Shown one piece after another: positions 9,697-18,140 of a stretch of 53,347 nucleotides of DNA. The stretch lies in the NCBI GenBank assembly GCA_965649205.1, contig CBFGJV010000018.1:3053-56399 (forward strand), given 5' to 3'. This DNA comes from a candidate division WOR-3 bacterium (GTDB lineage Bacteria; Hydrothermota; Tepidihabitantia; Tepidihabitantales; Tepidihabitantaceae). The position numbers and the translations under genes are program-made. The notes below the pieces were generated by a model that made no database searches, had not been told where the DNA came from, and saw only the letters and a list, made by a program, of their open reading frames with translations. Within the stretch, counting starts at the first letter, position 1, and each line of letters opens with the position of its first letter.

Positions 9697-10131
9697 TCAG
9701 ATGCGCCGCGCCTCTTCTCTTATTGTCCGCTGCATGAGACGGACTAGCTGTGGAAGAGTTCGACTGGTGCGGTACTGTAGAAAACGTACAAGCATCGGCA
9801 GATTCACTCCTGGCACGATTCGCGCATCCGGGCGAATGCTTTTCAGCCTCATACCAGCTCGGCAGCAGCTGGTACCATACATATCGGCAAAGATAATCAA
9901 AGGCGCATCAGGATGGCGGGCAGAAATCCGTTTCAACTCCTCATCCACTTCGTGCTGGGCACGGTCACCATTAGAAACAACCCAAAGTGCACGTTTGGAC
10001 GGTACTATAGAAAGTGCAGCCTTCACAAGTGCACGCGGAAGACCAGCATGTCCAATGACTATGCCGATAGCCGGAATCAATGTCTTCACACGGCAAGACG
10101 AGTCTTGCTGTCTTCCCCCACGCTTTCGCAT
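9697..10131 (-). CDS. PTS EIIA component, mannose/fructose family
   Basis: GIVIGHAG with the phospho-acceptor His, IIFADMYG, GVNLPML motifs; downstream of hprK; start uncertain (ATG 10131 or GTG 10089). Confidence 0.8.
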   Translation of the reverse strand: MRKRGGRQQDSSCRVKTLIPAIGIVIGHAGLPRALVKAALSIVPSKRALWVVSNGDRAQHEVDEELKRISARHPDAPLIIFADMYGTSCCRAGMRLKSIRPDARIVPGVNLPMLVRFLQYRTSRTLPQLVRLMQRTIREEARRI

Positions 10132-10168
10132 CCCCGACTGAGTTCGGGCGGGAAGTTTTCTTTCTGCT

Positions 10169-11161
10169 CTACTCGAGGTCATCGGTAATATGCGGGTCAA
10201 TACGCGGAGCTTGATTCATCATCCGGATGAGTTCATCATTGAAGGCACGAGCCGGATGATAGCCAAACACCTTGAGAATATGATTTTTCGCAATTACTTC
10301 TGCAACCAAAGCCAGGTTCTTCCCGGGTATAACCGGGATAGTAACAAGTGGAATCCTCACTCCCAGAATTTCTGTTAACTTTTCTTCCAAGCCGACGCGT
10401 TCGTAATCCATACTCTCCTGCCATTGAACGAGACGAACTTCAACCTCAACCCGTTTCTGCACGCGGATAGCTCTTATGCCGTAGAGACTGTTGACATCCA
10501 CTATGCCTACGCCCCGAATCTCTATGTGATGGGCAAGCTGCTGGGACTTGGCCGCGGAGTAACCCATGAGAATACCGGTACCGCGACGCAGGACTTTCAC
10601 CAGATCGTCTGCCACCAGACGATGTCCCCTGTGAACAAGATCCAAAGCGCATTCACTCTTGCCTATACCCGATTCGCCGGTTATCAGCAGACCTACTCCA
10701 AATACATCTACCAAGTCCCCGTGAATATATTGCTCCGGAGCCAGACGATAGTCCAGATAGCTGGTAAGGAGATGAATAAACGGAGTCGTGTCCATGGGCG
10801 TGCGTATAATTGGAATGGTATATCGGTCAGCCAATTCCACCCACATCGGTGCTAGATCCAGATTCTTGGCCACTATAAAACACGGAGGACCAAGGGCCAT
10901 CACGCGTTCCACCGCTTGAACAGCTGCTGTGGCCGGCAAGGTAGCCAGATAAGACAACTCGGTAGAACCTACTATCTGTATTCGTTCCCGTAGAAAAACT
11001 CCGGTATATCCCGCCAAGGCCATACCTGGTCTGTTGATATCAGAAGTACAAACATACCTACTGTCTAAACCTGTCGCGCCGCCAAGAAGCTGCAGACTCC
11101 ATTCCTGCTGTTTCTCAGACAAAAGCGTCCCAACAGTTATTTGCTTATTCTCGTACCCCAT
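10169..11161 (-). CDS. hprK: HPr kinase/phosphorylase
   Basis: DINRPGMALAGY, Walker A GESGIGKSE, LVADD, EIRGVGI motifs. Confidence 0.96.
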   Translation of the reverse strand: MGYENKQITVGTLLSEKQQEWSLQLLGGATGLDSRYVCTSDINRPGMALAGYTGVFLRERIQIVGSTELSYLATLPATAAVQAVERVMALGPPCFIVAKNLDLAPMWVELADRYTIPIIRTPMDTTPFIHLLTSYLDYRLAPEQYIHGDLVDVFGVGLLITGESGIGKSECALDLVHRGHRLVADDLVKVLRRGTGILMGYSAAKSQQLAHHIEIRGVGIVDVNSLYGIRAIRVQKRVEVEVRLVQWQESMDYERVGLEEKLTEILGVRIPLVTIPVIPGKNLALVAEVIAKNHILKVFGYHPARAFNDELIRMMNQAPRIDPHITDDLE

Positions 11162-11534
11162 GCACTTCTAAACCAGAAGATTGGCCATTCTGGGACTTGG
11201 TCTCCTTCTCGACTTCTGCCGCCTTCTCCGGAGGAGATACCCTCTTGCGGTCGCGTAACTTACCCTCGTGTCTCCGTAATCTGGTTACAAGCTTGTCAAT
11301 CAGATCTGAAACTGCCAGATACATATCAGTTCCCTTACCTTTGGCCGTTATAACCGCATGGCGAAGATGCAATTTACCTTCGGCAATGTCGTAGACATGG
11401 TCTTTGAACAAAATAAATTCGCCCTCTATGATGTGCTCGGAAAAGCGATCAAGCTTACGTGACTTCCGCTCCACGTGCTGTCTGAGGTGAGGAGTTATTT
11501 CGAAATGCCGTCCGGTCAGTGTCAGCTTCATCAT
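11145..11534 (-). CDS. hpf: ribosome hibernation promoting factor (HPF/RaiA family, short form)
   Basis: LTGRHFEITPHLRQHVERK, DMYLAVSDLIDKLVTRLRRHEGKL; GGAGG SD. Confidence 0.9.
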   Translation of the reverse strand: MMKLTLTGRHFEITPHLRQHVERKSRKLDRFSEHIIEGEFILFKDHVYDIAEGKLHLRHAVITAKGKGTDMYLAVSDLIDKLVTRLRRHEGKLRDRKRVSPPEKAAEVEKETKSQNGQSSGLEVHGVRE

Positions 11535-11555
11535 TACCTCCGTTGGAACAAAATA

Positions 11556-11584
11556 ATGTTAGAATCCTGCTGCAGATAAGTCAA
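11556..11584 (-). promoter_or_regulatory. sigma70-type promoter of hpf-hprK-EIIA
   Basis: Minus strand TTGACT-17-TAACAT. Confidence 0.6.
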
Positions 11585-11594
11585 GGCTTTTGCG

Positions 11595-12212
11595 CTACAT
11601 CTCACGACGACCCTCAAAAGCGCGTCGCAATGTCTCTTCATCCGCCAGCTCCAGTTCTGAACCCACCGGTAGCCCCCGCGCAATTCTGGTAATCAACAGG
11701 CCTGGTCTGGCTATAAGACGAGCAAGATAGACTGCTGTAGCCTCACCTTCACTGGTGGGGTTAGTGGCAATGATTACTTCCTTTATCCCCTCTGTCTCCA
11801 CTCGCCTTATAAGCTCCCTTACGTGCAAATCCTCCGGTCCTATATTGTCAATAGGCGAAATTACTCCCCCAAGTACATGGTAAAGACCCCTAAACTGGCC
11901 GAATTGCTCCAATGCCAGAACATCGCCGGGTCCCTCTACAACACACAGAATATCTCGATTGCGTCCAGGATCAGTACAAATTTCACATAGACCAGCTTCA
12001 CTCCCGGAATCATCCATCCCTCTTTCAGCAAGATTAAAGCAACGGGAACACGGTTGCACCCTGTCGCGTACAGCTTCTAGGGCCGACATCAACGTATTAA
12101 GTCTGCTGCCTCTATCACAAAGAAGATACAAGGCAATACGCTGCGCTGACTTGCGCCCAATACCCGGCAACGCTACCAACGCCTCGATTAGACAACCCAA
12201 AGACTGTTTCAT
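11595..12212 (-). CDS. recR: recombination mediator RecR
   Basis: LPGIGRKSAQR HhH, C4 zinc finger, YHVLGG, ATNPTSEGEATA Toprim motifs. Confidence 0.97.
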   Translation of the reverse strand: MKQSLGCLIEALVALPGIGRKSAQRIALYLLCDRGSRLNTLMSALEAVRDRVQPCSRCFNLAERGMDDSGSEAGLCEICTDPGRNRDILCVVEGPGDVLALEQFGQFRGLYHVLGGVISPIDNIGPEDLHVRELIRRVETEGIKEVIIATNPTSEGEATAVYLARLIARPGLLITRIARGLPVGSELELADEETLRRAFEGRREM

Positions 12213-13825
12213 CGTTTTCTTCGTACTGGCTCAATATCTCCGAGTATGCGACTTACACTTTGAATAAATTCTTCTCCGCTGCCTTTCCCAGATTCCAGCA
12301 AAATTGTGTGTTTAGACCCTAGAATAGCAGAAACCTGCTGCTCTAACAGGTCCCTTTCATTGTTTAGCCTCGCCAGTACCTGACCTGAACCTGCTATAGT
12401 AAGACTGTCAGATGTCAAAGTAGTAGGTTGGCATTGCTCCAAGTATTTTGCCAATAAAGGTTTCTGACCGCGGACACGAATGCAAAATTCCTGCCACAAA
12501 CACTCAAGAGAGAACTCGCTTTCCAACTGCCACCCTTGGGAAGACACAGACACCGGACGCCCCAAATCTCCTGTCGTAAAAGACCCAGACTTACTTTCCT
12601 CTGGAGCAGTCGTGATAATGTCTGACGACCGAGGCACGTCGCGAGCCAGATGCTCCTTCTTGTCAGCCCCACGATCAACTGAAATTCCATCCGCCAACTG
12701 ACCCTCAAACCGTGGTCTTTTGCATCCTCCCTGCACAAAAAGCCCCACCAGCTCCAGTGCTAAGCATTCCAGACTAACTCGAGGAATTCTGGAAAAGCGA
12801 ATTGTCTCTTCCTGACGTAAGAGAATTTCTACTGTCTTAACCAACCGGTCAACTCCAACCTTTTGCGCCTGCGCAAATAACCGCGTTTCTTCTTGAGAGC
12901 GTGGCTGCTTCCCCTTCTCCTGCGCCATCACCAGACAAAACAGAAGATCACGGAAATGGCGAACCAGTCCGGAACTGAACTCAAAAAGGTCATGTCCCTG
13001 TTCTACAACTTGGGCGATCAATTCCAACAGTCCGCTCGCGTCTGCGGCCAGAAGCCTATCAACGAAAGTGAAGAAGAACTCAGCCGGCACCAGCCCCAAC
13101 AGCTCCTCCACATCATTCAGCTCAATACCTGCCGGCTTATAAGTACTAAGCTGTTCCAGAATGCTCTCACCGTCTCGAATGGAACCATCCGCTCTGCGCG
13201 CAATAGCAAAAAGAGCCGACTCAGAAATGATAATATGCTCCCGTTCAGCGAGCCAAGCGAGTCGAGCAACTATTTCTTCCGGGGTTGCCTGACGAAAATC
13301 AAATCTTTGACACCTGGAGATGATGGTCGCCGGCACCTTGTGAGCGGCAGTAGTTGCGAAGATAAACTTGACATGTACCGGTGGTTCTTCCAGCGTCTTA
13401 AGCAAGGCATTAAAGGCTTGTTCAGTCAGCATGTGTACTTCGTCTATTATATAAACTTTGAAGCGAAGACTGGCCGGTACGTACTTCACATTTTCGCGCA
13501 GCTCTCGGACCTGATCAATTCCACGATTGGAAGCCCCGTCAATCTCCAGAACATCCATGCTGCGGGAACTCTGTATTTCTATACACGCCGAGCACTTGCC
13601 ACAAGGAGTAACGGTAGGTTCCGGGTAACTCAAACAATTCAGACTTTTCGCCAGAATCCGTGCGGTAGTAGTTTTTCCTACTCCCCGCGGTCCAGCAAAC
13701 AGATAAGCATTGGCAAAACGTTTTTGTTCGATAGCCCTAATAAGCGTACGTTTGACATGATCTTGGAGAAGAAGCTCGGCGAACGTTTGCGGACGATACT
13801 TGAGCGTTAGTACTTTCCCAGGCAT
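12209..13825 (-). CDS. dnaX: DNA polymerase III subunit gamma/tau
   Basis: KYRPQTF, GPRGVGKTTTAR, EIDGASNRG, IIDEVHML, LLKTLEEPP, SRCQ; start set at ATG 13825. Confidence 0.96.
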   Translation of the reverse strand: MPGKVLTLKYRPQTFAELLLQDHVKRTLIRAIEQKRFANAYLFAGPRGVGKTTTARILAKSLNCLSYPEPTVTPCGKCSACIEIQSSRSMDVLEIDGASNRGIDQVRELRENVKYVPASLRFKVYIIDEVHMLTEQAFNALLKTLEEPPVHVKFIFATTAAHKVPATIISRCQRFDFRQATPEEIVARLAWLAEREHIIISESALFAIARRADGSIRDGESILEQLSTYKPAGIELNDVEELLGLVPAEFFFTFVDRLLAADASGLLELIAQVVEQGHDLFEFSSGLVRHFRDLLFCLVMAQEKGKQPRSQEETRLFAQAQKVGVDRLVKTVEILLRQEETIRFSRIPRVSLECLALELVGLFVQGGCKRPRFEGQLADGISVDRGADKKEHLARDVPRSSDIITTAPEESKSGSFTTGDLGRPVSVSSQGWQLESEFSLECLWQEFCIRVRGQKPLLAKYLEQCQPTTLTSDSLTIAGSGQVLARLNNERDLLEQQVSAILGSKHTILLESGKGSGEEFIQSVSRILGDIEPVRRKR

Positions 13826-13937
13826 TTCAACACCAAACCAGAGCAAATAACAAACACCATGCCGGCCAAGTCTTATCGCAATTTACAACACGTCGCGCAA
13901 CAAAAACCTCTCTAAGCTTCCTGTTTCGCTTAGAAAT

Positions 13938-14210
13938 CCGGTCGTGCAACACCTTCGCACTGCAGAAGAGAGGACTCAGAACAGATGAACTCCGGCCAGG
14001 TTGCCCTGCGACTGATGGCAAATCGCGTACCGTTGCTACCTCCCGGTCCTGGCGGGGTTGGCGACCGCAACCATCACAGGACCCAGCCTTCATCGTTCAA
14101 CCTGCCCCTAGTCTGATTCGCTTCTGACAGTACTCAGGGTGTTTCTTCGACCCCGCATAGGCGGGTTTCGGGTTACAGAGGACCGCCAGCCCCCCGTCTA
14201 GCACGACCGG
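13938..14210 (-). ncRNA. ffs: signal recognition particle RNA, large bacterial type with Alu domain
   Basis: About 273 nt closed by a 10-bp terminal helix CCGGTCGTGC/GCACGACCGG; 5' GTGCTAGACGGGGGGCTGGCGGTCCTCTGTAACCCGAAACCCGC resembles the Bacillus scRNA Alu domain; helix 8 motif CAGGACCGGGAGGTAGCAACGG; classic position upstream of dnaX-recR. Confidence 0.92.
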
Positions 14211-14221
14211 CACAATCTTGC

Positions 14222-15190
14222 TCAGCGAGTAAGCTTGGCAGGCTCGGCAAACAGACCCTGCGTCTCAAGATCCGCGGGCAGAATCCCAACTGCACCCAGT
14301 CGAGAAGCCAGAGCCGCGACGGCCGGCTTATTAATCTCCACAAGGCGTTGCATCTCAGGAAGACGCGAACGTCCACAAGCGTCTGCACAATAAGGAAAAT
14401 ACTTTCCTAGAGCAAGCTTAGCACGTTCAACGTTAGTTTCACTCATGGTCACAGCTGCGTCGGTAGCAATCTTAAGACGAGAAAGCCAGACCTTACCAGA
14501 GTTACCATAGAACTCAGGCGACATACCCATGGCCGCACCCGGGAAGGGCACTGATACATAGCGAGGCAAAGCACCGGCCACAATCACGTTAAACTCCGTC
14601 GAATCCAAAGTACAGAGCAAAGGCTCAAGCACCCAGGCAGCATCAATCCGTCCTGCCCGCAGCTCACTCACCATGGAAGACAGGGGCATTTCTATTGCCG
14701 TAAGCTCCTTTTCGGGCAATCCCGAATTGGCCAGAAACAGCTTGATGTAATCACGTACTTGGGGCGGATACCCGAGCTTCTTTTTTCGCAGGTCGGCAAG
14801 TACCTTCATTTTGGATTTCGTGGGCACAACAATACCGTCAACCGGCAGTGATTGTTTGAATTCCTGTGAAAGATATACCCTAAGCGTCTCTCCCTTCTCA
14901 ACCATACGTCTAAATACAGAACTCCACGGGAATATACCTACGTCGCACTTACCGGCGAAAAGATCTGCAAGCGCCAGATCCGGGTCACTGTACCACACTA
15001 TTTCCGGTGTAATTCGGTTACTAGCAAAAAGTCCCTCCTCCACGCCCACAATGACGGGCAAAGAACTGACTGTACTATCGCAAGCGAACCTGACTACACG
15101 CGGACGATTTTCTTGAATCTGAGGATATAGGATTACTCCTACCAAAGCCGCAGCCAACAACACTATCAAAACGTTTAACAACTTGGTCAT
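14222..15190 (-). CDS. ABC transporter substrate-binding protein, SsuA/NMT1-THI5-like
   Basis: N-terminal TM anchor; LPVIVGVEEGLF, DLRKKKLG, LRAGRIDAAWVLEP motifs. Confidence 0.75.
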   Translation of the reverse strand: MTKLLNVLIVLLAAALVGVILYPQIQENRPRVVRFACDSTVSSLPVIVGVEEGLFASNRITPEIVWYSDPDLALADLFAGKCDVGIFPWSSVFRRMVEKGETLRVYLSQEFKQSLPVDGIVVPTKSKMKVLADLRKKKLGYPPQVRDYIKLFLANSGLPEKELTAIEMPLSSMVSELRAGRIDAAWVLEPLLCTLDSTEFNVIVAGALPRYVSVPFPGAAMGMSPEFYGNSGKVWLSRLKIATDAAVTMSETNVERAKLALGKYFPYCADACGRSRLPEMQRLVEINKPAVAALASRLGAVGILPADLETQGLFAEPAKLTR

Positions 15191-15208
15191 CTCTTGACTC
15201 CTTATACA

Positions 15209-16828
15209 CTACTTGCTGAGCGCCTTAAATTTCTTATAGGCCTCCTCTGCCTTCTGTTTTTGATCTGTCTCCCGATAGCAGTGGACAAGATTCTGATAAG
15301 CCTCTGCGTTAGAAGGATTGAGATTCGTCACCATAACAAGACTCGAAATCGCCTCCTCAAACCTGAGCCTGGCTTCTTCTTTTTTCTTTGCTTCCAGCAA
15401 AGAAAGGGCCATACCGGTCTGAGTTACTCCGAGCAAAAGGTAAATGTTCTCCAGCGCCTTCGGAGGCTGCAAGCTGAGGAAGGCGTCGGCGGCTGTAATG
15501 GGCAGCGGCTGGGGTCGAAATCTTGCAGCAGGAAAGTAAAGCCAGCCAAAACCACCGGCCTTGTATCCCATAGAAGCAAGAATACTGTCAACAGTTGCGG
15601 TAGTCGTCTGGTCCAAAGCTATAACGCCTTCTTTGACCACCTCCGAAGTTACACGCGCAAGAAGTTCTGTCTGCCATTTTTCCGGCAACTTAGTCAGCGG
15701 CACTACCGCCCCGTCTATGACCATCTGAAAAGTAGACTGTGCCAGACTGTCTCTCTGGCTCTGATATTGGGCGATCCCCAAGTTAAACATAGCAGTGTAG
15801 TCAGCGGGGTCGTAGAAGAGGGCTTTAGTAAAAAGACTCTCCGCGATGACGCGAAACCGGACTGAAACATCTCCTTTAGTCTCTCCTGCGGCTCTTAGCA
15901 TCGCCGAGCCGGCACGAGCAGAAGCAACGTTGAGATTATTAGCCGCATAAAAAAGCTGCGAAGCCAGCTGCGCAATATCCGCCATCTGTTTGCCGGCATT
16001 CAAGGTCTTTTCGATATAGGTCTTCAAGTCCTCCTGAGCTTGTTGCCGGCTTTTTTCAATCAACGTCCAGACTACCTGGTCAAGCCGAGTAGAATCAGAT
16101 ATCTTGAGTTTCTCTCCCAGAGACTTACGCGCTGTGCGGAATCGCCGTTCATATACCTCTATGGCCTTTTGATAGTAGTACAGACAGGAATCCCAGCGGA
16201 CTTCTCTCTGGGACGCTGACCACAAACTGTCTGGTTTCTCCAAGAAGTATAGCCCCACCAGGCTGAGCCCCTCCGGACTCAGTGTGTCCAGTTTCAACAT
16301 CTGGTGCGCGGTAGAAAGCATATCATCGTAGCGTCCCAGAGCATTATAGGAATTAGCCACCAGTGCATAGCTTCCCGGCTTGCCTGGGTCGACCTTTATC
16401 GCCGCCAAAGCATAAACCAAACTGGAATCATACTTGCCTTCGGCATAGGACTGACGAGCAGTGTTTATGAGAGCTGTCCAAGCCCAATAGGCCTTCTGCT
16501 CGTCCTGTCGGAACATCTGAGCGGCAGCTGGGTCGGCTTCCAAACCCAAGCGGAGATGCTCAGCAGCAGCGGCATTCTCCCGTAGCTGTGCTTCACTAAG
16601 ACCAAGCCAGATGTAAACTTCAGCCAGACGCGCATTATCCATCTGGTTACCGTAGACCTGCAGAGCATTCCAAAACTGCTCCTTAGCTCGTTCAAACCTG
16701 CCTCCCTGATAATGAATACGACCACCGCGCATATAAGCATCAAGGGGCACATTCTGCGCCGGTGACGCTACGGCACTACGCAGACAGGCCAAGGTCAAAA
16801 CAATAATAAGCGGACGCACTAGCGGCAT
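15209..16828 (-). CDS. exported tetratricopeptide-repeat protein
   Basis: Signal peptide; TPR-like units (AMFNLGIAQY, LNPSNAEAYQNLVHCY...AEEAYKK); AGGAGG SD. Confidence 0.8.
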   Translation of the reverse strand: MPLVRPLIIVLTLACLRSAVASPAQNVPLDAYMRGGRIHYQGGRFERAKEQFWNALQVYGNQMDNARLAEVYIWLGLSEAQLRENAAAAEHLRLGLEADPAAAQMFRQDEQKAYWAWTALINTARQSYAEGKYDSSLVYALAAIKVDPGKPGSYALVANSYNALGRYDDMLSTAHQMLKLDTLSPEGLSLVGLYFLEKPDSLWSASQREVRWDSCLYYYQKAIEVYERRFRTARKSLGEKLKISDSTRLDQVVWTLIEKSRQQAQEDLKTYIEKTLNAGKQMADIAQLASQLFYAANNLNVASARAGSAMLRAAGETKGDVSVRFRVIAESLFTKALFYDPADYTAMFNLGIAQYQSQRDSLAQSTFQMVIDGAVVPLTKLPEKWQTELLARVTSEVVKEGVIALDQTTTATVDSILASMGYKAGGFGWLYFPAARFRPQPLPITAADAFLSLQPPKALENIYLLLGVTQTGMALSLLEAKKKEEARLRFEEAISSLVMVTNLNPSNAEAYQNLVHCYRETDQKQKAEEAYKKFKALSK

Positions 16829-16852
16829 TTATCCTCCTTAAGGATTTCGCAA

Positions 16853-16881
16853 ATGATAGTCAATAACATTCTGGCTGTCAA
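16853..16881 (-). promoter_or_regulatory. sigma70-type promoter of the TPR gene and probable downstream operon
   Basis: Minus strand TTGACA-17-TATCAT. Confidence 0.65.
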
Positions 16882-16952
16882 CGCGACATGAACTTCTACC
16901 CAGTTTTTCCCCGAGAGGAAAAAGAGATAGGAGAAAAGTGTTCTCCCTATTC

Positions 16953-18140
16953 CTATTCTCTGCCGCCAACTGCATAAACTACTGTACCAACCAAGGTCAG
17001 GCCCGCAGCGGTCAGCATAACCACCGGGTATCCAAACCTGCCGGTAATACCGGTCAGTAGTCCGCCAGAAACAGCAGCGAGGCTGAATACAGACTGAAAC
17101 AAACCGGCGGCGGTAGACCTTTCCTCGTTCCTGTTCATCAATTGCTTTAGCGAACCAAGATACAAACAAGACCAAGATAAAGCCAGCAAGATCTGAATCG
17201 GTACAAGCTGTCTGTAATCGCGAGCCAAAGCAAACGCAATAAAAGTAACCATGGAGAAAATCAACCCGGCCCCGATAAGCCTGTTCGGCCTAACCCTTTC
17301 GAGGACATTCATCAGGATGAACTGGCCAAAAGGGTTTATAGCAAAGATAGCTCCAACCCAGAACATACTTGCGCCCAAATCTCTGATAAACACGGGGAAT
17401 ATCGCCCAGATACTGTGCGCTCCTGTATGCCTCAAATAGAAAGAAAGGTACAGTGTCCAGTTACGTCTCAGCACTCGCGAATCCAGAAAGGACTGCTGAA
17501 TATTAGCACGTTGCGGCATCAAACCAACCGTCCCAGCAACTAAAGCCGCCAATAGAAGAACAGCCGCCAATAAGAAAAGCCGGTCTCCACTCGCCCAACC
17601 GGCTAGAAGTGCACCCACCCCCCACCCTAACGCTCCAAACCCAGAAAAACGTCCTAAACGGCCGTGCCCCTCGGGACCCCTAACTAACAGGTCGGAAGTC
17701 GAGTCAGAAGCAACGTCTGTGGCGGGTCTGTTGTAACTACTGCCTTGGTAAAAATAGGCAATCAAAGCAGACGGAAATATCCCCGCTGCTAATCCAGCCG
17801 CGGCGCGCACGAGGAATAATTGCCCCAAGCTACGAGTGAACATATGAGCGCCCAGAGCTACAGCCGACAAACCAAGTCCCAGCAAGACCATCGGTTTGCG
17901 ATCAGTATAGTCAGCCATCCGACCAAAGATCACATTCGACAAGAACATGGTCGCCTGATAAATAGCTACAAGCAGTCCAACTTGCGAAGTGCCAGCTCCT
18001 AAGTCCCGCGCCAGAAGGAGAACAAAAACCACCCCCATCATCACGCCTGCATTCGCAGCTATCTGAATCAAGTAAGGCGTTATTTGCTTGAACCGAAATT
18101 GTTCTGAAACCAATTCTCTATTGCTTTCGCTTCTTCCCAC
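16953..18140 (-). CDS. MFS transporter
   Basis: About 12 hydrophobic segments; motif A-like FGRMADYTDRK; LFLVRAAAGLAAG; exact start uncertain (overlaps the upstream gene). Confidence 0.85.
   Translation of the reverse strand: MGRSESNRELVSEQFRFKQITPYLIQIAANAGVMMGVVFVLLLARDLGAGTSQVGLLVAIYQATMFLSNVIFGRMADYTDRKPMVLLGLGLSAVALGAHMFTRSLGQLFLVRAAAGLAAGIFPSALIAYFYQGSSYNRPATDVASDSTSDLLVRGPEGHGRLGRFSGFGALGWGVGALLAGWASGDRLFLLAAVLLLAALVAGTVGLMPQRANIQQSFLDSRVLRRNWTLYLSFYLRHTGAHSIWAIFPVFIRDLGASMFWVGAIFAINPFGQFILMNVLERVRPNRLIGAGLIFSMVTFIAFALARDYRQLVPIQILLALSWSCLYLGSLKQLMNRNEERSTAAGLFQSVFSLAAVSGGLLTGITGRFGYPVVMLTAAGLTLVGTVVYAVGGRE

Noticed and set aside
11540..11570. dif-like site (TAATGTTAGAA resembles a XerD arm)
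   Set aside because: No matching XerC arm, and the sequence is explained as the -10 box of the hpf promoter
12893..13810. Long antisense ORFs (for example 12893..13810, 15194..15865 and 38718..39290 on +)
   Set aside because: They are shadows of well-supported opposite-strand genes, with no motifs or ribosome-binding sites
12209..13825. Programmed frameshift or slippage in dnaX producing gamma
   Set aside because: No A-AAA-AAG heptamer or long A run found in the linker region
13827..14388. Short ORFs 13827..14093 and 14173..14388
   Set aside because: They overlap the SRP RNA and neighbouring genes and have no protein features
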